A DNA stretch of 64,000 nt, from positions 372,001-436,000 of the forward strand of contig JAPEUD010000002.1 of assembly GCA_026026165.1 (NCBI GenBank), given 5' to 3'. Shown here one piece after another: positions 50,383-59,861 of this stretch. The notes under the pieces are model-generated. The model worked only from the letters and a program-made list of their open reading frames with translations, made no database searches and was not told the DNA's origin. Origin of the DNA: Sarea resinae. Taxonomy: Eukaryota. Each line of letters begins with the position of its first letter. The stretch's first letter is position 1. The translations under genes and the position numbers were made by a program.

Positions 50383-51735
50383 TCAACGATTCTGCCGTCG
50401 GGCATCCGCCACCATGAAGAGGGGTGGCCCATAAGGGTCAGGTGGAACAGGATCATCAGACGGATCTGGAGCTAAAGGACGACGAGGTAGAGAGCGAGCG
50501 AGAGTGCCTTCATAAGCAGCCTTGATGGCACCTGGCGCAGCGAGGGTGAAGCCTGCCTGGTGTCGAACGGACTCATTTTCAGCGTTTCTCTTTTGGTGGC
50601 TCACCCATTTTAGGTCGGTGAAGCTCTTCCCAGATCCGTAATTCATCCACGCGACGATAGTCAACCTGATGCTTCGATCTTCAAAACGCTCGTTCGAGAT
50701 CTGGTATTCTGTATGGCAACAATGGCACCGTTGCACCCCCTCTTCACAGGCGGGAAGGTCTGAACCTATGCGGAGCTGCCGCAGCATGAAAAGCAGGTCG
50801 AGGCTCAATTTTCCATCGACAAAGTTAGGAGCCATTGTGCCTGTAGACAGATGGGGACACAACTCAATGTTGTGGGAATCGAAGAACCTTCCGGCAATTG
50901 TCAAGATATCTTTCCTTTGCAGACGCTCTGGCTGGTCTGGCAAAGGAATGCAGACTCCAAATTCGGCACGGCAAAGAAGCTCTTTCCCCACGACTCTTAC
51001 TCGCAATTGGGCCGAATTACCATTCAAATGGGGAGACGATGCATCAAAATTCCAGAAAAGCTCTTCTGGCCGTATTCCGTAGTCTGGTCGAAGCATATCA
51101 CGCTGCGTGACTAATCGCACATGCTGGAATTTCAGCACGTAGCGAATCTTACCGAACATGCGATTGTCGATAACGCCGGCCTTCCTCACACACTTTGTGT
51201 AGACTGGTTTGGATTGAAGATGTGGCCCTCCACAGCGCATGGGATGCAGTTTGAAACACATTTCGCATAGCTTGAAGCCAGTCATGTCTCTTTGGAGACG
51301 TTTGAGAAAGCTCTCCTTTTCGAGATAATTCTTCCGCCGATTGATGCGCCGAAGGTGGTGAGAGCCCATGGCCCCCAGGAGAAACTGACTTGAAAGGGCG
51401 AGCGCTGCCTTCGAGCTGAGTGTGAGATGGCTGCAGATCAACATCAAGAGCTCCGGCGGCAGGTACTCGAATGGAAATCCGTGGTTCTTTCGTTTGGGCA
51501 ATGAGCAACAGGGCTCGGCTTCAGCGATAAGTCCTCGGTCGGAGGGGATGGGCATTTCATCATCGGGGACGGCATGAACGGAGGCAGGCGACTGAGTTGA
51601 TGTCGACTTGAGGAGATACGAATAGTCGGCGACAGTGCCTGATCCTGAGCTTTTTCGAGGGAAGCCTGATAGCCCAAGGAAGAGTTCAGTCGCATTGATT
51701 ATGGACTTGCTTGCAAGACCCAACTTTGAAGGCAT
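50383..51735 (-). CDS. F-box domain protein
   Basis: FEYLPPELLMLICSHLTLSSKAALALSSQFL (F-box), followed by FLKRLQRD..LCEMCFKLH, CPHL, RCHCCHTEYQI and WMNYG, a pattern common in expanded Pezizomycotina F-box proteins. ATG 51735 chosen. Confidence 0.8.
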   Translation of the reverse strand: MPSKLGLASKSIINATELFLGLSGFPRKSSGSGTVADYSYLLKSTSTQSPASVHAVPDDEMPIPSDRGLIAEAEPCCSLPKRKNHGFPFEYLPPELLMLICSHLTLSSKAALALSSQFLLGAMGSHHLRRINRRKNYLEKESFLKRLQRDMTGFKLCEMCFKLHPMRCGGPHLQSKPVYTKCVRKAGVIDNRMFGKIRYVLKFQHVRLVTQRDMLRPDYGIRPEELFWNFDASSPHLNGNSAQLRVRVVGKELLCRAEFGVCIPLPDQPERLQRKDILTIAGRFFDSHNIELCPHLSTGTMAPNFVDGKLSLDLLFMLRQLRIGSDLPACEEGVQRCHCCHTEYQISNERFEDRSIRLTIVAWMNYGSGKSFTDLKWVSHQKRNAENESVRHQAGFTLAAPGAIKAAYEGTLARSLPRRPLAPDPSDDPVPPDPYGPPLFMVADARRQNR

Positions 51736-53124
51736 TGTAGAGTTGAAGCAGTCAGATCCGTGGATGGTGGTTGTCAATAACCTGCTCTATCTGGTCACCG
51801 AGATAGTCGTTGGTTGGAAAATGATACCCTGGCTTTTGAAGATCTCGACTTATCTAAATTGATGCGTCATAGAATAGAAGCAGAGAGCGGACCATCCTGC
51901 CAAAGTTATAGAGTTTGCCTACTCTCATAAGGGTCCATTCCCCAAATGACAAGCCCAAACGGGCTTGGTCGAGACGTGAAAGAAGCCATCTCGGACGGCC
52001 TTGTGAAGCAGGTAGACAGGACACCTTGGTGGACCGCCAAAGGATGAAAGAAGCTACCTGAGTAGCCTTCCTTAAGCATCTACAGTCCCATCTTGTCAGG
52101 GAAGAGTGCTGCTGGGCACGTTGCGAAATACTCGTCAAGACCATTCAAATACTCATCTCCCAAGGTTCGGTCTATAGAGTCAGACGCAAAACGATCTCAA
52201 TATAGTACCTGTTTGGGAATAGTAGGGCCTACCTCTACGAGTAGTCGTGGCGCTACTTGATTAGGTAAGTTGATTCTCACTACGGCGCTGAACGTCGAAC
52301 CACGGGAATGCTTCATGCCTCATGGCGATGCGCTGAACAATACACTCAGCTACTCACGATTCTTTTCCTCTAGGACATAGCGAGACACGTATTGTAGCTG
52401 CTGCAAGTTGCTTTCGTTTATGACCTTTACTTGAAAAGATTGGTATCATCAGTGCTACCACTGCTACTGCCCAGAGACCTACAATCGACGTCTTGAGAAC
52501 CAATTCTGCCCAAGAAAGAAAACCAAGCACCTTCATCATCCCACAAACCGTATATATCAAACAAGACCTCCTTTTCGGTTCGAAACCACCCCCAGCATGC
52601 CCACCACAGGTTCCCCAAGAGGACCTAACTTTCCCTCTCCATGGTGGGCTAGCAACACATGTCTTCAGATGGGTCAGATCTTTCTGATAGCCTTATTGGC
52701 GCATCTGGTCATATACACGCACTCGCTACATGGCACGGCGGGCACCGCTGCGGAACCGGCGGGCTGGTTCTTGGCCAAATTTTGCCTCGTCGTGTCTTTA
52801 TTGCTGTGTCAAGCTTTGCAATCGTTGTTTTAGACGCGCGCACACGCACGCAGAGAACAGACTACTGCTTCTGCAGCGTATTGCGGGCAATACAACAGGC
52901 AGTGACGTGCAGTCGAGTTTTGTCGATTACTTCATGTTTTGGAGCAGTGGCAAGGGGGACAAGGGAAACAGGAGAACGCGGTCAAAACTTCCCTCGATAT
53001 ACTCAAAGTAGATGACTGCTCAGGCTGTCATTGTACAGCATCAGGCGAGGTGCCAACAAGCCTCAACGGCATGATCGACCCTTCCATTGCTCAGGCGCAG
53101 GGAAAGAATGAGCCATCAAGTGGA

Positions 53125-53515
53125 AGGAGCGAGACGGCGCTCTACCATGCACGAGACGTTCGACAAATATTGTGAAAACTCGCTTGAAGATCGTTGGAGA
53201 TGCCCTACCGTAGGTGTGGTAGAGCGCGGCCCCGAAGCCGTTTCGATGAGACGTTCAACGACTTTTATCCGATAATCGATTTTCCGTTGAACGTCCCAGC
53301 TTACAAAGCCGCCGCTGCGAGCAAAGTGGTACATTAGGTTCGGGACGGTAGGATTGGAACCTTCGAACGAGGTAGGAGCGAGTCTCCGCTCTACCATTCC
53401 CGAGACGTTCGACGCATAGGTCTTATTGGAAATATTCGTATTTCCGTCGAATGTCTCATTTCTGGATCCAAATGCAGATTGACCATCACGGCTCGTTTCG
53501 CTGAGACCTTGAATG
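53125..53515. repeat. Dispersed direct and inverted repeat (hairpin) array
   Basis: 40-nt direct repeat 53125-53164 / 53374-53413 (35/40 identical); GAGACGTTCRAC-type motif at 53153, 53248, 53402 and degenerate at 53503; inverted arms at 53285-53295 and 53445-53457. Confidence 0.85.
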
Positions 53516-53950
53516 GAATTTGTGGCAGCGTTTGATGATGAATGGATGTCTGAGCCCCAATCATGCGGGGGGACGGGAGATGGAAGGGGTTGGAGGGAGA
53601 TACACTTTGTGCATTGTGGTAGGAGGCTCGATGTGATGTAGAAGCTTCTGTAATTTTCCTATGGATTCGCAAATGCTATGCTATCCAGTCGTGACAGATC
53701 TGCCCAGGGAGGTAGGCAGGCCTCGTAAGATGATGACCTAGGCGGATCTCTCTCTGGAAAAGTTGGGGTGTTCGAATTATATACATGAATGGAGACGTGA
53801 CGCAGATTCTCCCATACCAGCATACCGACATGGAACGAAAAGGTAGAATGTAAAATGTAGAGTGGTAGAACGTAAAGTGTAGAAAATGAAAGTAGAGAAT
53901 GTACTCCGTAAAGTGGGCAGTAGAAGTGAAGAAGATGCTCATGACAGACA

Positions 53951-55135
53951 CTACAAATAGCCGGCGCAAACAGAGGCGTCAGCAGCCTGGGCAGCATTGG
54001 TGGGGATGGCGCCAGCAGTAACAGCCTGCTGATACCCCCAACGCCAGTCATTGACGCCGCCGATATTCTGAACCTTCCAGTTCCAGAAGATCCACCCCAG
54101 GTCCTGCTCGTAGCTGTAGGCCTGAGCCGAGAACCACTTTCCGTACCACTCCACGGCATCCGAAGCCCACAGCGTAAAGTCCGAATCCCATTGTACGCTG
54201 TCGGCGGGAGAGAGTGACCATTCACCAACGATGAGGGGAGAGTTGTCGGTGCGTCTGTTGGTGCACGAATATTGCATGTATCCTTCACGGCTGAGCGCGA
54301 CGTTTGGTGTGTATTTGACGTAGGCATGGTCGTCGAAGAGCGTGTTGGTCACGTCGGCAAGGAGGGAAGCTGTTGGGTTACCGGAACCCCAATTCGAGTC
54401 CATCATCTGAACGTGAAGCTGCTGGCTATAGGAGATCCCTAGCGCAAGCTCTGTTTGTCGAATGGTGTTGTATGCCTCAGGATAGTAGGTTGAGACCATG
54501 GTCGAGACTTCGTCCGCGTTCTGGAGCGGCTCGTTGATGATTTCGATGGCTCCTACCGTGGAAAAATTGCTATTCGTGTGCGATGCATTGGTCATCAACT
54601 CCAGCCACTCGTACGCACGGCCATAGTTGTAGTCGCTGTAGAACTCGGGCGAGGATGCATACTGCCCCGTGAAAGGCTGTTCAGGCTCCTGCGAGCCGGG
54701 GGAACCATGGAGACCGAGGATGACATAGAGGTCGTAGGTCTTGGCCCAGCCGCACACGCGCTCGAGATACTCAAACGCACCGCGAGGGAAGTACTCGGAC
54801 TCGGAGACTAGATCTTCCTTCATCCAGTAGCCGATAGGGATGCGGAGCGTGTTGAGACCCAGGTTAGCAATCTGCTGGATGTCGTCTTCTGTGATCCAAG
54901 TGCTCCAGTGCTTTTGGAAGGCGGCGTCGGCGGCATCCTGACCTAGTGCCATGACGCAGTCGAATTCGCTCTTGGAGTTAGAGCAGCCCATGGAGTTCCA
55001 TTCGTCTTCCATCATCCATGGTTCGATAATAAAAAGACCGCCGAGGTTGACACCTCGAACCTTTTCGCTGGGGAGCCATGCAAGGCAAAATGAATTGAGG
55101 GTGACGAGGCACGCCACAGCAAGTGAGAACTTCAT
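53951..55135 (-). CDS. Secreted GH5 glucan endo-1,6-beta-glucosidase (ExgB-like), intronless
   Basis: Signal peptide MKFSLAVACLVTLNSFCLA, then WLP..KVRGVNLGGLFIIEPWM, LNTLRIPIGYW, LHGSPGSQ, acid/base INEP, DDHAY, nucleophile VGEWSL, GWIFWNWK. Confidence 0.92.
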   Translation of the reverse strand: MKFSLAVACLVTLNSFCLAWLPSEKVRGVNLGGLFIIEPWMMEDEWNSMGCSNSKSEFDCVMALGQDAADAAFQKHWSTWITEDDIQQIANLGLNTLRIPIGYWMKEDLVSESEYFPRGAFEYLERVCGWAKTYDLYVILGLHGSPGSQEPEQPFTGQYASSPEFYSDYNYGRAYEWLELMTNASHTNSNFSTVGAIEIINEPLQNADEVSTMVSTYYPEAYNTIRQTELALGISYSQQLHVQMMDSNWGSGNPTASLLADVTNTLFDDHAYVKYTPNVALSREGYMQYSCTNRRTDNSPLIVGEWSLSPADSVQWDSDFTLWASDAVEWYGKWFSAQAYSYEQDLGWIFWNWKVQNIGGVNDWRWGYQQAVTAGAIPTNAAQAADASVCAGYL

Positions 55136-55739
55136 CGGGTCACAGACCAAAGATGGAAATGAGGGTGAAAGACTGTGGAAAGTGCGTGCGTGCGTGCGAG
55201 TGCGTACGTGCGATCAGATGGAATCGCAGCGATCAAAGGAGTGTCAACGAACACCGAGCCAGCCGGTGATGTCGTGAATGAGTGAAAGGAATGTAATGAT
55301 CTGAAAAGATCGAAAAGAAGTGAATGATAGCCTTCGCACGCAAAGGGAGAGTCAGTGGTGGGGGGAAGAAAGGAAAGACAGGAAGGTCGACGATGTTATA
55401 ATACCATCGCACCAGCAAGGATCCACGGTTAGCTGGATTCCTTTCTTCTTTCGAGTCCGCACGGCTTCCCTGGCCGTTTCCACCGCCCAGGAACAAACCA
55501 CTGAGAAGGCAGGGCATGGCAAATCTCTACAAGGGGAACGCGCGTGTGCCAATGAGGGTGCGAATCAGGCTGGCGCCTCCAGTGGTCCCGGTGGAGGTGG
55601 AATAAAGGGATACTCTACGGAGTACTGACAAGGGCAAGGGCCAAGGCCAGGGCCAGGGCCAGGGCAAGACATGAGGAGGTTAAGACACTCTCGAGCAGAG
55701 TACGCTGTATTGCGCGCGTGGTCGTCTGTGGCGCGCGCG

Positions 55740-55779
<40 letters not shown>

Positions 55780-56775
55780 CAGAGAGAGATACTAATAGCA
55801 GTACCGCCCCTAGAGCCAGGTAGTCGATTGACTGCCGCATGCTGGACAAAGACCGCGGCGCCTACTATGGTAAGCCAGCGTTTCGAGTTGATCTCGGCTT
55901 GGTCTTTGCCCTGAGATTGGTGTGAGCGAGCCTGGCGAGTCTGGCGATGTGGGCCGGCGGGGCCGGGGCCCGAGAGCGCCAGCAGCGGTCCGGAGATCAG
56001 CAAACACCCTGACACACACCGCGTTTCAACTGTCGAGACCCTGAAGTACTCCGTACTGCGCAGTAGCACCAGAGAGTCTCCCAACCCTGGAAACCACCCG
56101 TCTCCGGGCTGGCACGGCCGCTCGCCTGCATTAATGCGCCACTGTGGCTGCATCGCATCGCATCGCCGCGCATCGCATTGCATCGGACCGATCGGACCCT
56201 GACAGCCCACAGCCATCTCTTATGAGTACTGTGCAGTCACGCCAAGAGAGAGATGTTGGTGTGACCGTCAATATCAAAATGGGAGTCAAGATCACACATC
56301 TATCTCACAAGTGGTCACGAGCCTTCGTGTGTTGATGCGGTCAACCGTCCGTGCTGCCCGCCCAGGGGCCAAACATCGCCTTCCCCGTCTGTCTTGTAAG
56401 ATGTCATCGTGGTAGACACCCCCTAGATGCCATGGGAATGATTGCTTCGTACTAAGGATGACGGCGGAAGGAGCCTCTCCCGACTGTCGGATGCGACTTT
56501 CCCAGGAAAGAAAGAAGAAAGGACCGACGATGTAGACCAGACAGCGTGCATTACGGTTCTGTATGCCTTCTACCACATTGATCTCTTCCACTGCTCTCCA
56601 TCGTCGGCCTCGACATTTGCTGGTATTAACGAAAGGATTATCTCGGCGTCGACAGACCAATACCCAGTTAGATCTCTACTTCACTACAGATGGGTAGCAA
56701 TCCACCTCCTATGCCCCCGTGGCCTTGCATTGTCGGTCGGCGTGTATAATCACCGCTGGGCCGCGTCGAGCCACC

Positions 56776-57273
56776 ATGGCCCTGCCGGCTTGGTTGCAAG
56801 ACACCTTGAAGGATGTTCGGCTTCTGCCGGCCGACTCCAAGCTCGACTCCCATGCTCACGAATCGCTCTACCCCGAAACGAAGAAGGAATGGGCCTTCTA
56901 TTCAGCTATTGTCGTTTGCTTGCTCTGGCTGATCGGGCTCAGTGTAGCCTTCTACGTGGAGAGCACAAGGAGAGTCGAGGATGCCGTCGAGCTCCACCTG
57001 GCACTCGAGAGTATGGCCAATAACGTCGACAAGAAGACGAGAGGCGTTATTGTGCATGTTGGCAAGAGTGGCGACAGGATCTGCAAGGTTCTTTATCAAC
57101 GAGGAGTGGCTACTCGCCGCGAGATTCGTGCTCAACGCAGGTTCATCATGAGGATGATTCAGAGAAAACGATGCGGAAAGCTTTTTGGTCAGCAGCTGGC
57201 GAAGAAGCCGATTCAAAAGATGGAGGGAACGGAGGCTGAGAGAAATCCGTGGAGTGAGGCAATACAGTTGTAA
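56776..57273 (+). CDS. Small orphan single-pass membrane protein (165 aa)
   Basis: Strong start context GCCACCATGG; one hydrophobic helix (WAFYSAIVVCLLWLIGLSVAFYV) followed by a helical, basic region. No family recognised. Confidence 0.5.
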   Translation: MALPAWLQDTLKDVRLLPADSKLDSHAHESLYPETKKEWAFYSAIVVCLLWLIGLSVAFYVESTRRVEDAVELHLALESMANNVDKKTRGVIVHVGKSGDRICKVLYQRGVATRREIRAQRRFIMRMIQRKRCGKLFGQQLAKKPIQKMEGTEAERNPWSEAIQL

Positions 57274-58146
57274 GAGGCAGTGCATCGCAGCTGCATGATA
57301 TTGGTCGCAGAGGAAGAAACCGTCGAATACGGGCGCAAGCAGGGATACTCATCTTCACCGATGACGCTCACACTCTCTTTTCTCCTACTTTCTTCATTGC
57401 GGGCACGAGCCGAGCATACGAGCAGGTTCACCAAGTCGAACATGACAATTGGCTGGGGAACGATGGTCCGGAGAGGTTGTATCCACTTGCACTTGGCGGA
57501 GTTTATGGAGTAGAACGGACGGCGATAGGAGGCCGAGGATTCAGCGGAGTCTGTTATCGAGAGAAGATCGGGCTCCGCAATGGATGCTACCACTGTATTA
57601 TGAGCATCAAGATACTTTATCAATGCAAATGCTATTGAAACCGCTACTCTACTCATTGCATCAAACACTGTTGAGATCAATGTTGATCTGGGGCATTAAA
57701 CGTGACGGGCAGACGTGCACTGTTGTCGCGCAGGTACGTAATTGCTACACTGCCCAGGGCACCTCACTGCCTCTATGGATGACGTCAAGGCTGCTTAAAA
57801 GAATGTCTTTCGACAGCCAGCCCTGAGGTTGGGAATAGCATCCTGGATTGTTGATCATCTATTGCTTAAATCGTAGCTATAGATTAATCACTTACACTCT
57901 GATCATCATCCGGCTGATTCGTCTCCATGGTTGCCGGTATTGGGGGCGGGGCCGTAGATATTTGACATTTGTCAGCTTCAAAGGACGGGATGTCGCGAGG
58001 TTGATATATAATCAACAGCAGGCCAAACACCATACATAAAACGTCATCTCTCATCAGTACATCTTCTGAGAACTCGTCAACTGGAGATCACATCAATTGA
58101 GTTGCTGACAACCCGTCTCATCAACCGAATTCCTTCACCAGCAATT

Positions 58147-59346
58147 ATGGGTTCCAAACTATTCCTGTATGCAAGCCATTCTCATCGCTCCACACGAGAT
58201 CCCCAGAGAGCTGCATGCTAACGTCTGAACCTGTAGCACAGGCTCCACCGGCTACATCGGTGGCACTCTCATCGACACTCTCGTAAAAGAGCACCCCGAG
58301 TACGACATCACGGTTCTCCTCCGCAAGGTCCCCGATGGTTTCAAAGAGCGGTATCCGAAAGTCAAGATCATCAAGGGCGACTACGACAGCGCTGAGATCA
58401 TCTCCGATGCTGCTTCCAAAGCTAACATCGTCGTCCGTACGTCTTCCATCTTTTTTCTTTCTCAGTCCAACCAGCAGACGGAAAAGCAAAAACTAACGTC
58501 TCGTCCCATCTTCTAGACTGCGGCAACTCGGACCACGAACCCGTGATGAAGGCACTCCTCTCGGGCCTCCTCTCGCAAAGCACGCCCACCTTTCTGATCC
58601 ACCTCGGTGGCACGGGCATCATCGCCGACTGGCAATCGCCGTCCCCAGGCTACGGACAGCTGAACCCGAAAGTCTGGTCCGACATCGACGATTTGCCCAC
58701 CATCACATCCCTCCCCGACGAAGCGCTCCACCGCAACGTCGACAAGCTCATCCTCTCCGCCGCGGCCGCGCACAAGGGCAAACTGCACACCGCCATCGTC
58801 TGCCCGCCGGACATCTACGGCCCCGGCCGCGGCACGGCGCGCACGCAAAGCTTCTACGTGCCGAGCCTGTTGAGCGAGTCGCGCAAGGTGGGCGCGACCT
58901 TCTACGCCGCCGACGGCAGCAACACGCGCAGCTGGGTGCACATGGAGGACCTGATGAGCGTCTTCACGCGGCTGGTCGAGGAGGCGGTCAAGGGTGGCGG
59001 CCGCGCCGACTGGGGCGTCGACGGCGGCTACTACTTCGCCGCCACCCAAGAGCACTCGCAGCGCACCATCGCCGAACACGCCGGCCGCATCCTGCACGCC
59101 CACGGTCTCCTGCCCTCGCCGACGCCCGTCCAGCTGCCCATCGAGCAGATCGGGGCCATGATGGCGCAGATCGGCCCGCAGGTCGGCCTGTACCAATTCG
59201 CCAGCAATTCGCGGTCGCGAGCTGATCGCGCCCCGAAAGTGCTGGGCTATAAGCCTAGCCATCCGGGCTTCCTGGACGTGCTGGAGAGTGATCTGTTAAG
59301 CGCGGTCAGGGCCCCGCAACCAGTGAGGGGACTAGAGAAAGCATAA
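58147..59346 (+). CDS. NAD(P)-dependent epimerase/dehydratase-like (atypical SDR) protein, 3 exons
   Basis: MGSKLFL|TGSTGYIGGT Rossmann motif across intron 1, ANIVV|HCGNSDH across intron 2, LIHLGGTG, IVCPPDIYGPGRG, SWVHMEDL. Confidence 0.9.
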
Positions 59347-59384
59347 CTATTACGTCCGTGGTCCGTGGAAGTAATAACATTGAC

Positions 59385-59861
59385 TTGAAAAGGAGGAGTT
59401 GGGGGTGGGGATGTGAGGGCTACTCCGAATAGGAGGGGGAAGAAGACGAAAGGATATAGACAAGGGATATAGAAAAAGAAATAGAAATATAGATAGAAAA
59501 TCACAATCTCAATCACAACATTCGATGAACATGAACACCTCTTACTACGACTTACGAGGCCAATAATGGAAAAGGAGACGGTACGGAGTTATGGCCATTT
59601 TCTGCGATCACTCATTTCTCTCTGTTCTCTCTCTCTCTCTCTCTCTCTCTGGGACCTATATACTCCCATCCTTCTAAGCACCGCATCCAGCTAAGATCTA
59701 TTCGTCACCAAAAAAAAAACAATCGACCTGATGATGAGATTTTTATTGCAAAAGAGGAAACGCCAAATGATTTTTAGGATTCTCCCTTTTAGCCGTTCTT
59801 CCCCCCTCCCCCCCCCCCCCCCCCCCCCCCCTCTCTCTCTCTCTCTCCGGGACGTAAAATC
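59385..59861. repeat. Microsatellite/poly-C cluster between convergent SDR and LYS2 genes
   Basis: G-rich run 59393-59440, ATAGAA repeats ~59466-59500, (CT)n 59626-59650, poly-A ~59710-59719, C-tract 59801-59831 then (CT)n to 59847. Confidence 0.9.

Noticed and set aside
52420..52833. Possible small gene or pseudogene (MTFT*KDWYHQCYHCYC...MGQIFLIALLAHL...)
   Set aside because: Early stop, overlapping alternative frames are equally plausible, and no recognisable motif or splice support.
53338..53410. tRNA-like words on the minus strand (TGGTAGAGCG, GTTCGA, GGTTCCAATCC)
   Set aside because: I could not build a cloverleaf with correct arm spacing; the segment folds as a long hairpin and is covered under the hairpin-array finding.
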